Shown: positions 26,879-35,982 of the stretch, in pieces
Position numbering within the stretch: the stretch's first letter is position 1
How the letters are laid out: each line of letters opens with the position of its first letter
Assembly: GCA_004322365.1 (NCBI GenBank)
Contig: SCTS01000006.1
Coordinates: forward strand, 226,756 to 279,848
Source of the DNA: Patescibacteria group bacterium
GTDB lineage: Bacteria; Patescibacteriota; Minisyncoccia; Phycocordibacterales; Phycocordibacteraceae
Direction of reading: 5' to 3'
DNA length: 53,093 nt
Notes under the pieces: model-generated
What the model was told of the DNA's origin: nothing
What the model saw: the letters and a program-made list of their open reading frames with translations, nothing else
The model's database searches: none
Program-made: the position numbers and the translations under genes

Positions 26879-28027
26879 ATGCCCCATTTCTTACGTACGT
26901 TCTTGTTTGCATTTGCAGGACTCGTGTTCGCCATAGTTGCTGGTTTATCGACCTCTCCTGATCATGTTTCGATTTCACAAGAAAATACAGCAGTGAGTCC
27001 AGAAAACACCCCAACTACATTTGGAACGACAACAATCACCGAGGTTATTGCCGAGGCAACAAAAGGAATAGAAAGTGGTGTAAGTAAGATTACTCCGACA
27101 AAAAAAACGACACCGGTTACCGCTCCAAAAACCACCACTGCAGTTATCACACCACCTATACCTGTAAAAGAGCCCGTAAATCAAATAGCGCTCAATAATA
27201 AGGTGCGCGAGGCCATTGTTAATATCATCTGTGTAACAAAAAACGCAGGGCCTTTAAATTCTATTTCTGCCAGCGGTGTCATTATCGATCCAAGGGGAAC
27301 CATCATTACAAACTCCCATGTTGGGCAGTATCTCCTCCTTAAAGATTACCCAAGTGCTGGCTTTATAGAATGCACTATTCGAACAGGGAGTCCCGCGCAA
27401 CCAAAATACACAGCAGAGCTTCTTTTCCTTCCTCCTTCGTGGATTGCTGACAACGCAAAAAAAATAAACCAATCAAAACCAACAGGAAACGGCGAGCACG
27501 ATTATGCATTCTTACGCATTACAGGAACAGTGCACCCAAACATCACACTGCCCACAGCATTTTCATTTCTCTCGGTATCTATTACTCCACCTGAGGAAGG
27601 ACAGAGCCTAATCGCCGCAGGCTACCCTGCAGGATTTTTAGGAGGTATTACGGTACAAAAAGACCTCTATGCCAGCTCGGCAATAACGCATGTCGGAGAA
27701 TTATTTACTTTCAAAGCAGACACTATTGATCTTTTCTCTTTGGGGGGCTCCATCGTTGCCCAGCAAGGGGCATCCGGAGGCGCTGCAGTGAACGACATTG
27801 GCTCTCTCATAGGTATTATCGTAACGGCAACTGATGCGCCCGACACTGCTTCCCGCGATCTACGTGCAATTACAACCTCCTATATCATTCGAGACTTCAA
27901 AAAAGAATCTGGTGTAGGTATTGATACCTACCTTAATGGTGATACTGCAGCGGCAGCGCAAACTTTTGCCAACGCTGTAGCTCCAGCGCTCACTGCACAG
28001 CTCATACAAGCAATAGAAAACCGATAG
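26879..28027 (+). CDS. Membrane-anchored trypsin-like (S1-family) serine protease
   Basis: N-terminal TM, Thr/Pro linker, and a His/Asp/Ser triad context (ITNSHV, HDYAFLRI, GASGGA). Start set at ATG 26879. Confidence 0.75.
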   Translation: MPHFLRTFLFAFAGLVFAIVAGLSTSPDHVSISQENTAVSPENTPTTFGTTTITEVIAEATKGIESGVSKITPTKKTTPVTAPKTTTAVITPPIPVKEPVNQIALNNKVREAIVNIICVTKNAGPLNSISASGVIIDPRGTIITNSHVGQYLLLKDYPSAGFIECTIRTGSPAQPKYTAELLFLPPSWIADNAKKINQSKPTGNGEHDYAFLRITGTVHPNITLPTAFSFLSVSITPPEEGQSLIAAGYPAGFLGGITVQKDLYASSAITHVGELFTFKADTIDLFSLGGSIVAQQGASGGAAVNDIGSLIGIIVTATDAPDTASRDLRAITTSYIIRDFKKESGVGIDTYLNGDTAAAAQTFANAVAPALTAQLIQAIENR

Positions 28028-28095
28028 CCATTTAAAAATCCTCAAGACACAAAGCCCTAAGACCACACTTGACTTGGTCCCTCCACTCCTGATAG

Positions 28096-28131
28096 AGTAT
28101 GTATCACTGTAGTACTACAGTGATACATACT
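28096..28131. repeat. Palindrome copy 1 (30-bp core 28099-28128, extended to 36 bp), abutting the regulator ATG
   Basis: AGT ATGTATCACTGTAGT|ACTACAGTGATACAT ACT. The core is identical to copies at 28760 and 30569. Confidence 0.95.
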
Positions 28132-28458
28132 ATGAATAGAGCGAGTACAAAAAATAAAGTAGGCGGTAAAGAGGTACTTGGTTCAAAACAAAACCTAGAA
28201 GCTTTATATACTGCCTTTCTTTCACTAAAAAACCGCGAGGAGTGCTCTGCATTCATGCGTGACCTTTGCACCAAGGCAGAGCTGGAAGCGTTTGCTGAGC
28301 GTTTTGCCATTGCCCGCCTCCTTACCAAAGATGTTTCGTACCGCAACGCCGCAGATGAGACTGGCGCATCAACCACCACTGTTAGTCGTGTCTCCCATTG
28401 GCTTCACCATGGACGGGGCGGCTATAGCACCATCATTTCTCGATTGCATAAAAAATAA
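28132..28458 (+). CDS. TrpR-like (YerC/YecD-type) helix-turn-helix regulator
   Basis: 108 aa. LEALYTAFLSLKNREECSAFMRDLCTKAELEAFAERFAIARLL...SYRNAADETGASTTTVSRVSHWLHHGRGGY matches the YerC/YecD pattern as I remember it. The ORF-track start at 28099 is only the palindrome being translated. Confidence 0.8.
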   Translation: MNRASTKNKVGGKEVLGSKQNLEALYTAFLSLKNREECSAFMRDLCTKAELEAFAERFAIARLLTKDVSYRNAADETGASTTTVSRVSHWLHHGRGGYSTIISRLHKK

Positions 28459-28501
28459 TCTGACCCAAATCAGAAGCAAGAGAAGAAAAAATGAACTGCA
28501 T

Positions 28502-28523
28502 ACCGCCCCACAGGCGGTTTTTT
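28502..28523 (+). terminator. Intrinsic terminator after the regulator gene
   Basis: ACCGCC-CCACA-GGCGGT followed by TTTTT. Confidence 0.6.
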
Positions 28524-28759
28524 AGTATATAGAAAATAAAAACATCATGAAAAACAAAGAAACAAAAAATGTAGGTGAAGCAGATGCTCGTTCCTCAAAA
28601 GATAAAAACTATCAGTTCAAATGCAGAATGGGGTCGTTCGCTAAGGAAGACGCGGAAACACAGAAGCTGTTAGAGAGTGGAGTAGACCCTTGGGATCTAC
28701 TCCGTGAAGGATAGTGAGCGACTGAATCCTCATCGTTAAACACAAAAATGTTTTCCGCT

Positions 28760-28789
28760 ATGTATCACTGTAGTACTACAGTGATACAT
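28760..28789. repeat. Palindrome copy 2, 67 nt upstream of hisG
   Basis: ATGTATCACTGTAGTACTACAGTGATACAT, a perfect copy. Confidence 0.95.
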
Positions 28790-28856
28790 AAGTAAAGAAG
28801 GAAATGAAGAGAGGAAGTAGAGGAGTAAAAAAAATAAAAAATCTAACAATAAAAAC

Positions 28857-29708
28857 ATGAACGAAACACTAAAAAGACCGCAGCCAGATGTTTCACGCAT
28901 AGCACGAGTGATTCCTGGCTCAAGAGCCGACAGACTCAACTGGCAACGTGAAGAAGAAGATCGTGCTCGCTACACACCAAGAATTCTTCCACCTGAACCC
29001 GAGGCAATTCTTGAGTACTACCAACAAAGACAAGCAGGGCGTGAACGAGCTAAAAAAATAATCACCGAGATGGCTCAATCGGGAAACGAAGTACGCGTCG
29101 CTATACAAAAAAATGGACGGCTCTCAGCTATTGCATGGGGACTCCTTGAGACATGTCTAGAAGCAGCTGGAGTCCCAGTCACTGAAGAAGAGCGCCAACT
29201 ACAACGGAAAAATAGAACGCTCGTATACGAAATACCAAAACTACCTAACGTAAAAATAGTATCTGCACGATCAGGCGATATTGCGTGGTATATCGAGAGC
29301 GGCAACGCAGATATTGGAATCATTGGCGAAGACCAGGTACTTGAGAAAAATTCTAAGGTCGAGATTGTGGCACGCCTGGGCTTAGGAGAATGTTCACTCG
29401 CAATTGCCGTGCCGGAGGGCTCGCAAATTACGACACTCAAAGATCTGAATGGTAAAACCATTGCCACATCCTTGCCGTCAATTCTGAAGCAGTATCTGAA
29501 GGAAAAACAGGTGAAACCAAAAAACATTATCGAGCTTGGTGGCTCCGTCGAAGCAGCAACAGCGCTCGGCTTTGCAGATGCCGTCTGCGACATCACGGAA
29601 ACGGGGAGTTCGTTCGTGGCAAATGGGCTTACCGAACTTGAAACAGTTCGTGATTTTGAGGCAGTTGTCATAACTGCCAAAAAACCAAAAGTGAAATTAA
29701 AACGCTAA
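28857..29708 (+). CDS. hisG: ATP phosphoribosyltransferase, short form, with a 71-codon N-terminal extension (alternative start ATG 29070)
   Basis: The core VRVAIQKNGRL...DIGIIGED...TGSSFVANGL is HisG-like and lacks a C-terminal regulatory domain. The reading frame stays open 71 codons upstream of the canonical-looking start MAQSGNEVRVAIQK. Confidence 0.85.
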   Translation: MNETLKRPQPDVSRIARVIPGSRADRLNWQREEEDRARYTPRILPPEPEAILEYYQQRQAGRERAKKIITEMAQSGNEVRVAIQKNGRLSAIAWGLLETCLEAAGVPVTEEERQLQRKNRTLVYEIPKLPNVKIVSARSGDIAWYIESGNADIGIIGEDQVLEKNSKVEIVARLGLGECSLAIAVPEGSQITTLKDLNGKTIATSLPSILKQYLKEKQVKPKNIIELGGSVEAATALGFADAVCDITETGSSFVANGLTELETVRDFEAVVITAKKPKVKLKR

Positions 29709-29712
29709 AAAT

Positions 29713-30402
29713 ATGGAATCCAAAGAACTTGTTAGAGAAATGAACTGGGAGAAAGTGGGGGGTCTCGTGCCAGCAATTATTCAAGATACCGAAAACGGTT
29801 TGGTGCTCATGCTTGGATATATGAACGAAGAAGCACTGAGACGAACTTTGGACACTGGATTTGTGTGGTTTTACAGCCGTACCAGAAAGACTCTGTGGAA
29901 GAAGGGTGAAACGTCAGGCAACGTGCTTTCCGTCGAAGATATACGAGTAGACTGCGACAACGACACCGTCCTCGTAAAAGCCCGCCCCACTGGACCTGTG
30001 TGCCACACGGGCGATACAACCTGCTTCAAAGAAGAAGCAACAAGAAACGAGCTCTCTCTACTTTTCGGAGTACTTGAGCAACGTAAACGAGATTTACCAA
30101 AGGGCTCATATACCACAAAACTCTTTGAAGCAGGGCTCGACAGAATTGCACTCAAGGTTGCCGAAGAGTCACTTGAGGTAATCCAAGCCGCCACCAAAGA
30201 AACACGAGAGAGGACAATAGAAGAGACCACTGATCTTCTCTATCACCTTTTCGTTCTCTTGATTGAGAAAAACGTGACATTAAGAGATGTAGAAAAAGAA
30301 CTTCAAAATCGAGCCGGAAGAAAGCCTCGGGAAGAAAAAATTGCGATTCCTATCGCTCCCGATCCTCTACCTGCACGTATTCCAAACACTTCCGCTAAAT
30401 AA
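29713..30402 (+). CDS. hisIE: Bifunctional phosphoribosyl-AMP cyclohydrolase / phosphoribosyl-ATP pyrophosphatase
   Basis: HisI part: GLVPAIIQD...WFYSRTRKTLWKKGETSGN...DCDNDTVL...CHTG. HisE part: SYTTKLFEAGLDRIALKVAEE...DLLYHLFVLL. Confidence 0.9.
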   Translation: MESKELVREMNWEKVGGLVPAIIQDTENGLVLMLGYMNEEALRRTLDTGFVWFYSRTRKTLWKKGETSGNVLSVEDIRVDCDNDTVLVKARPTGPVCHTGDTTCFKEEATRNELSLLFGVLEQRKRDLPKGSYTTKLFEAGLDRIALKVAEESLEVIQAATKETRERTIEETTDLLYHLFVLLIEKNVTLRDVEKELQNRAGRKPREEKIAIPIAPDPLPARIPNTSAK

Positions 30403-30565
30403 AAATAACCAAACTAATCATGCAAGAAAAGAAAACAGCTCCGTGGCCATACACCAACGATGGACGAGCATTCGTCGGAGAAGGCCGTGGTGCACCTGAA
30501 GCAAAAATAAAACCAAAAACGAAAGAAAAGAATACACCAAGAAGAAAAATCTGAGAGAAAAGTGT

Positions 30566-30601
30566 CCAATGTATCACTGTAGTACTACAGTGATACATTG
30601 G
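30566..30601. repeat. Palindrome copy 3 (core 30569-30598, extended to 36 bp) between the his cassette and the guaA 3' end
   Basis: CCA ATGTATCACTGTAGTACTACAGTGATACAT TGG. Confidence 0.95.
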
Positions 30602-30640
30602 GTTTTCGGAAAGGGGAAAATAAAAATGGCGCCTTAAAAA

Positions 30641-32170
30641 CTACTCGTACTCAATAGTTGCAGGAGGTTTTTGGGTGACATCGTACAAAACACGATTCAC
30701 ACCACGCACCTTACCTACAATGGCACTTGAAATTTTTTCAAGGAGTTCGTGCGGCATTTTGTGCCAGTCCGCACTCATGCCATCAATAGAGTCAACTGCA
30801 CGAAGTGCAATAATGTACTCGTAGGTACGAGCATCCCCCATCACGCCCACAACTTTGAGCGGTAACAGTGCTGCGAATGATTGCCAAATCTTTTCGTACT
30901 CACCTGCCTCTTTAAGCTCTTCCGTAAATACAGCGTCTGCTTCTCGCAAGATCACGAGGCGTTCAGGTGTAATTTCACCAACAATACGAATCGCAAGTCC
31001 TGGGCCTGGAAATGGATGGCGCCAGACTAGCGCATGCGGTAACCCTAACTCTTCGCCAACACGACGCACTTCATCTTTATAGAGATCCTTCACTGGTTCA
31101 ACTATTTTCAATTTCATTCGCTCTGGCAATGTGAGATTGTGATGACTCTTTATTTTAGATGCATGTTTCGATGTTGAAGCAGACTCAACACGATCAGGAT
31201 AAATAGTCCCCTGTGCAAGATACGCAATGGGAAATGCCTTTAATTCTTCAGTCAATGCTTTTTCAAAAACCTCTACAAACGAGTGGCCAATAATTTTGCG
31301 TTTTTCTTCTGGCTCAGTAACTCCTACCAAGCGTGACAAAAACATTTCGCTCGCATCAATAACATGGAGATTTTTAAATCCTTGTGAGCGCAGAGATTTA
31401 GAAACGCTTTCCACTTCTCCCTTACGGAGGAGTCCTGTGTCAACAAACACTGCATGTAAGCGATTCCCTATCGCTTTATAGAGAAGGGTGGCGGCAACGA
31501 GCGAATCTACACCGCCAGAAATTCCAACAACAACATGACCATCACCAATTTCTTTTTTTAAATCTGCAATAATATTTTTCGCAACAGACTTCATATCCCA
31601 ATCTTTCTTAGCTTTGCAGATGCCAAAAATAAAATTCGAGATTATTTTTTTACCGTGAATTGTATGGGTTACTTCCGGATGAAATTGAATACCAAAGAAC
31701 CGGCGTTTCTCGTCAGCAAATCCAGCGTGTGCGCAGGTTTTAGTAGAAGCAGTCACTACAAAACCTTTTGGCAATTTTGTTGCTTGATCTCCGTGCGAAA
31801 ACCACACCGTTTCTTTAACCGTGAGACCTTTGAGGATGCCTGTTTTCTTTTTTATTGAAACAACTTCTTTTCCAAACTCTTTATTTTCTTTATTTTGTAC
31901 CTTTCCGCCTAGCAGATGCGCCATAAGCTGGTGTCCATAACAAATACCAAGAACAGGGATACCGAGCTCAAATACTCGTTTGTCTGGCAGAGGACCATTT
32001 TCCAGCACTGAATGAGGGCTTCCTGAGAGAATGATGCCAACGGGGTTCAAAGCTTGAATCTCCTCAATGCTCGCATCTCCATGCAAAATCTCGGCCTTCA
32101 CGCCGAGATCACGGACCCTTCTTGCAATAAGGTGAGCAAACTGTCCTCCAAAATTGAGAACTACAATCAT
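30641..32170 (-). CDS. guaA: GMP synthase (glutamine-hydrolysing)
   Basis: 509 aa. GATase domain (GICYGHQL), ATP-PPase SGGVDS and a C-terminal PPATIEYE. Confidence 0.95.
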   Translation of the reverse strand: MIVVLNFGGQFAHLIARRVRDLGVKAEILHGDASIEEIQALNPVGIILSGSPHSVLENGPLPDKRVFELGIPVLGICYGHQLMAHLLGGKVQNKENKEFGKEVVSIKKKTGILKGLTVKETVWFSHGDQATKLPKGFVVTASTKTCAHAGFADEKRRFFGIQFHPEVTHTIHGKKIISNFIFGICKAKKDWDMKSVAKNIIADLKKEIGDGHVVVGISGGVDSLVAATLLYKAIGNRLHAVFVDTGLLRKGEVESVSKSLRSQGFKNLHVIDASEMFLSRLVGVTEPEEKRKIIGHSFVEVFEKALTEELKAFPIAYLAQGTIYPDRVESASTSKHASKIKSHHNLTLPERMKLKIVEPVKDLYKDEVRRVGEELGLPHALVWRHPFPGPGLAIRIVGEITPERLVILREADAVFTEELKEAGEYEKIWQSFAALLPLKVVGVMGDARTYEYIIALRAVDSIDGMSADWHKMPHELLEKISSAIVGKVRGVNRVLYDVTQKPPATIEYE

Positions 32171-32213
32171 GCTTTATTTTACCTCGGCTCCGAACTTTTT
32201 TCAAATCCATACA

Positions 32214-32236
32214 AAATCCCGCCAATGGCGGGATTT
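32214..32236 (-). terminator. Intrinsic terminator after the small ORF
   Basis: AAATCCCGCC-AAT-GGCGGGATTT, with a T-run on the minus strand. Confidence 0.6.
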
Positions 32237-32263
32237 ATGTGAGAGAAAATATAGTCTTTCTAT

Positions 32264-32404
32264 CTAAAAACCAAAAAAATCTTTCGAGCTGTCTGCGTAC
32301 TTCTGACCATACTGCGCAGCATTGCTTGCGTTTTGTCTCGAGTCAATGCCCTCCATAATCTTATTCCACTCTTCTGGGGAATATTTACTTAATCCTTCAG
32401 CCAT
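32264..32404 (-). CDS. Possible 46-aa small protein
   Basis: MAEGLSKYSPEEWNKIMEGIDSRQNASNAAQYGQKYADSSKDFFGF. Followed by a terminator hairpin. Below the ORF-track threshold. Confidence 0.35.
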   Translation of the reverse strand: MAEGLSKYSPEEWNKIMEGIDSRQNASNAAQYGQKYADSSKDFFGF

Positions 32405-32605
32405 AATATTTTGTTATTACAAAATCTTATAATAATTCCAAGTAGGTTCGACTGAACCTACTCTTTAATACTATATAGTAATTGATACTATTTGTCAAGC
32501 ATTAACAAGACTATTCGTTAGTAATGTAATTTCAATAACACACACCAAAAAACATCCCTACGTAAGCATTGTTGGCGAAATTTTAGTGAAAAAGGTCACA
32601 ATTTC

Positions 32606-33841
32606 TTAGATTCCAACATTAACGCGGACCCTTCCTTCTCCCCCAACATTTACACTCCCTGTGTGTACCTTTGACTCAATATCTATCTGACTACTGTCTT
32701 CAACCTGTCTTGATTCTGAATTACCCTCAGTATTCTGACGATTTTCAACAGATTTGTTTTTCTTTTCGTCATCAAGAGCTTTCTCGTTCGGATGAAAAAT
32801 GTTTATTCGAACCTTTTTTGACACATTCAGATATACTGACAATCTTTTCACTGCCACTAATGCATTCTGGTATGACTGGAATGCGCTGGTGAAATCCTTT
32901 TTTTCGAAAAATGCATCACCTTTTACCAAAAGCTCTGACGCAGTCTTCACTTGCGCTTGTGCATTTAGGTTTGCGGATGCTTCAAGATTCCCCGAAACGC
33001 GCGCCAATAGAACAGCAGAGTCTTTAACTGCAGTTTTTGCCACCCCTCCCATTGCAAGAGCGGCTCTTTCTTTAGTATCTACTTCCTCTATGTTTTTTGC
33101 TGCTATTGCACTAGATGCTGAAGTGTCTTCGGAAGTATGTGCTCTCACATACACGCCACTCTCAGCCTTCATACGAAGCTCTCCTATCGTGTGCGATTTC
33201 GCACGAATAAGTTGCACGAGATCATCTGCGTCACCTTGTGTATCAATCTGAACGAGAAGCGCTTCATGAGCAGAGAGATTGCTTTCAAAATTTGACGCGA
33301 GACCGATGGCAATGGATGCATTTTTCTTTTCTAAGTCTTTCGTTCGCGCTACCGCTGAGTCAGCGTGTTTTGCAAAGTCGTCTGAAAGTTTTGCTCGTAT
33401 GTGAGCCGTCAACTTATTATCAACCGCTAGATTCGTAGCCTCGACAAGACGGCGCTCTGCAAATTTTGCTTCAAGTGTAGCTTTAGATTCAGCAGAGACT
33501 GCGAGTGTGCTCACCACCTTTTCATTGACTCCCACTTTTACTGGGTAGAGTAAATCTCCAGGCATAGCACCCTCTGCTGCATATGACGCAGTTCCCGAAA
33601 GAAGGAGCCCTAGAATTATTGCAATGGGAATATATTTTCTTTTGGAATGCATAAAAAATAAACCCGGGAATAAACTATCTTTCGCCTCCATATAGTTCTT
33701 ACCCTGAGCCGAATCTACAGTCCGTAGTGGCTTCATCGCCATGTATTCAGTCAACCCACTCTCAAGCTTTTCTTGCTCCAATGCCGAGAGCGATGTGGCA
33801 TCACCAACTTTTTTTATGTAATCAATGAGATTAATTTTCAT
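32606..33841 (-). CDS. Putative anti-sigma factor: single TM plus a DUF5667-like extracytoplasmic helical domain
   Basis: The ATG is 7 nt after the sigma stop. It has a cytoplasmic N-domain, a TM (IPIAIILGLLLSGTASYA), then GDLLYPVKVGVNEKV and long helical repeats. Start set at 33841. Confidence 0.6.
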   Translation of the reverse strand: MKINLIDYIKKVGDATSLSALEQEKLESGLTEYMAMKPLRTVDSAQGKNYMEAKDSLFPGLFFMHSKRKYIPIAIILGLLLSGTASYAAEGAMPGDLLYPVKVGVNEKVVSTLAVSAESKATLEAKFAERRLVEATNLAVDNKLTAHIRAKLSDDFAKHADSAVARTKDLEKKNASIAIGLASNFESNLSAHEALLVQIDTQGDADDLVQLIRAKSHTIGELRMKAESGVYVRAHTSEDTSASSAIAAKNIEEVDTKERAALAMGGVAKTAVKDSAVLLARVSGNLEASANLNAQAQVKTASELLVKGDAFFEKKDFTSAFQSYQNALVAVKRLSVYLNVSKKVRINIFHPNEKALDDEKKNKSVENRQNTEGNSESRQVEDSSQIDIESKVHTGSVNVGGEGRVRVNVGI

Positions 33842-33848
33842 ATGCAAA

Positions 33849-34370
33849 TTATGAGAGCATAGTGCGAAGTTTGATAATGGCACGATGAAGTCTGACTGAT
33901 ACTGTATTTTCTGTTTCACCCGTCATCTGTGAAATTTCCTTTGGAGAAAATCCGTCTATGTAGCGCATCGTTACGACTGAACAATACTCTGGTGAAAGAT
34001 TCGTGAGCTGTTCCCGCACCTTCACTACAAGCGCTTCTTCATCAATATGCTCTTCCGTTTCCCATACACCACCCTCAGCCATGTCTGCGTCTATATGCGC
34101 TCGGCGTTCATCACTCATACTATCAAGCGACTCTGCTTTTTTGCGACGGTACTCGTCAATGATGAGGTTGTGCATAATGCGGTACAAAAATCCCTTAAAC
34201 TGCTTTACTTCTCCACCGCCACGAAGATAATCCCATGCCTTGATAAAAGTATCTTGCGTAAGATCGAGAGCCTTCTCTCTAGAGCTCACCCTAAAGAAGG
34301 CGTGTCGAAAAAGTCCGTCATAGTGTTCACGGAATACCGCCAGAAAAGCCTCTTCAGTACTTCCCTTCAT
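33849..34370 (-). CDS. ECF-type sigma-70 family RNA polymerase sigma factor
   Basis: 173 aa. Region 2 (LDLTQDTFIKAWDYL, FLYRIMHNLIIDEYRR) and region 4 (YIDGFSPKEISQMTGETENTVSVRLHRA). Confidence 0.9.
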   Translation of the reverse strand: MKGSTEEAFLAVFREHYDGLFRHAFFRVSSREKALDLTQDTFIKAWDYLRGGGEVKQFKGFLYRIMHNLIIDEYRRKKAESLDSMSDERRAHIDADMAEGGVWETEEHIDEEALVVKVREQLTNLSPEYCSVVTMRYIDGFSPKEISQMTGETENTVSVRLHRAIIKLRTMLS

Positions 34371-34605
34371 GTTCTCCTATTGTAAGACGGAAAAGAAGGG
34401 TCACACTTACTGCCGACGAAAGCGAGGAGAACGGGAAAGTCCTCTTTTACATTCTCGAGCTAAGGATGGCAGAAAAACTCTTGAGGTTTCCGTAGAGAGT
34501 TTTACAAGTCGGCGAGCGAGAAAGAACATGGGAGTTTTATTTTCATGTTTTTCGAGCGAAGACGGGGCAAAGATTCGGAAGCACTCATCCGAATCTTTGC
34601 TATTT

Positions 34606-35982
34606 TTAAAGTGACAGTCTTTTATTCCAATTTTCAGCAACAGCTTTCGCTTTTTTCTCCGCAATGCCTGTATATAAGGATGGATTTTTAAGAATATTTT
34701 TCTGCGCTTCAGTCATCCTTAAAAGATACGGCGCCATTTCAGCATCGCTGAGCGCCACCTCCTCTAGCCCTTTTCCTTCCTGTCCTGCTGTAAGTGTAAG
34801 ATTTCGAACTTTTTCATGTGCATCAGGGTGACCTAAAGACGCAAGAATAATATAAAGAGGTTCCGCAGCCACTGACCCACGGCCGAGAGCAAGATTCTTT
34901 TCAAGATTCACTGTGTCTACTTTCAACTTCGACATTGTTTTAGTTAAACGCTTCACCGCAGACACCGTATATGCGATTGATTCACCGTAGGTGCGAGATG
35001 AAGCCGAATTCGTGAGGTCTCGTTGATGCTCGCTAATTTGATCGAGAAAAACAGTGACGGCGCGAGGCATTACTATCTTCCAAATGCTTTTTACATTTTC
35101 AAAATTTATAGGGTTTCTCTTTTGTGGCATCGTTGAAGATCCAACTTGAGAAGCTTCAAATTCCTCCCCTATCTCCCCTATTTCTGTACGCTGTAGTGCA
35201 CGCATATCATCAGAAAGATTTGCAAGTACACCGAGAGTAATAGAAACCTCTGCCATCAAACGCGCCATTGGTTCTGGCTGTGTTACTTGCGTTGATTGCT
35301 CTGATGCTTGAAGACCGAGCCCTGCCAATACATCATTCTCAAAACCTTCAGGGTCAGCAAAGAAAAGTGACGACGCATTGTACGCGCCAACCGCACCTGA
35401 AAACTTCCCTCGTAGTTCTTTTGCAAGGGCGTCGAGCGCTTCGATACAAACACCAAGACGACTCACATAGCCTGATAGTGCAAAGCCAAATGTTATAGGA
35501 ACCGCATGCTGTCCATGTGTACGCCCAACCTGCACCGTACCAGCTTCGCGAAGTGTTAAATCAATGAGTACTTTTTCAAGATCTTTCAGTGCAGGAACGA
35601 GAACTTTCTGCGTTGCATCACGAAATCGTGCAGCATTTGCGGTATCAATAATGTCGTACGAAGTCGCCGTCATGTGTACAAATGGTTTTGCACTGTCAGA
35701 AACTTTTGAACGAATAACATTCACAAGCGCCCTGATGTCATGCTTGATGCGCTCCTCTTCTGCGTACACTTCCTCAGAAGTAACAGATTTGCATGCGGTT
35801 TCTACTTCCTGAACAACCGCAGTCGGACACATCTTGTGTTTTTCGAGAGCCTTCAAAAGAGCAATTTCTGCTCGCATTTTGTAGTCTAAAAATCCCCTAT
35901 CAGAAAAATAAGGAAGGAGTGACTCATCCCAGTATCGGTAATCAATTGGGGAAAATGAATCAAAGGAGGTGGTTGGTCTCAT
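34606..35982 (-). CDS. purB: Adenylosuccinate lyase
   Basis: 458 aa. Fumarate-lyase signature GSSTMPQKRNP and TGRTHGQHA. Confidence 0.92.
   Translation of the reverse strand: MRPTTSFDSFSPIDYRYWDESLLPYFSDRGFLDYKMRAEIALLKALEKHKMCPTAVVQEVETACKSVTSEEVYAEEERIKHDIRALVNVIRSKVSDSAKPFVHMTATSYDIIDTANAARFRDATQKVLVPALKDLEKVLIDLTLREAGTVQVGRTHGQHAVPITFGFALSGYVSRLGVCIEALDALAKELRGKFSGAVGAYNASSLFFADPEGFENDVLAGLGLQASEQSTQVTQPEPMARLMAEVSITLGVLANLSDDMRALQRTEIGEIGEEFEASQVGSSTMPQKRNPINFENVKSIWKIVMPRAVTVFLDQISEHQRDLTNSASSRTYGESIAYTVSAVKRLTKTMSKLKVDTVNLEKNLALGRGSVAAEPLYIILASLGHPDAHEKVRNLTLTAGQEGKGLEEVALSDAEMAPYLLRMTEAQKNILKNPSLYTGIAEKKAKAVAENWNKRLSL

Noticed and set aside
28099-28131. ORF starts reading MYHCSTTVIH at 28099 (+), 28939-region (-) and 30598 (-).
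   Set aside because: This peptide is simply the 30-bp palindrome translated, which reads the same on both strands. The two minus-strand ORFs have no other support. The regulator most likely starts at ATG 28132.
28096-30601. A CRISPR array or classical his leader-peptide attenuator as the explanation for the repeated 30-mers.
   Set aside because: There are only three copies with irregular spacing (662 and 1809 bp between copy starts), full genes lie between them, and no cas genes are present. The small ORF upstream of hisG contains no histidine codons.
34371-34605. A GGGAAAGTCC string (about 34440-34449) resembling the RNase P RNA CR-I box, and GGAAGCAGC (about 36094-36102) resembling the SRP RNA helix 8 motif.
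   Set aside because: The partner conserved elements are absent: the P4 3' strand and ACAGAA...GGCTTA for RNase P, and the GNAR tetraloop with the 5' strand AGGTCC for SRP. The available non-coding space is also too short for RNase P.
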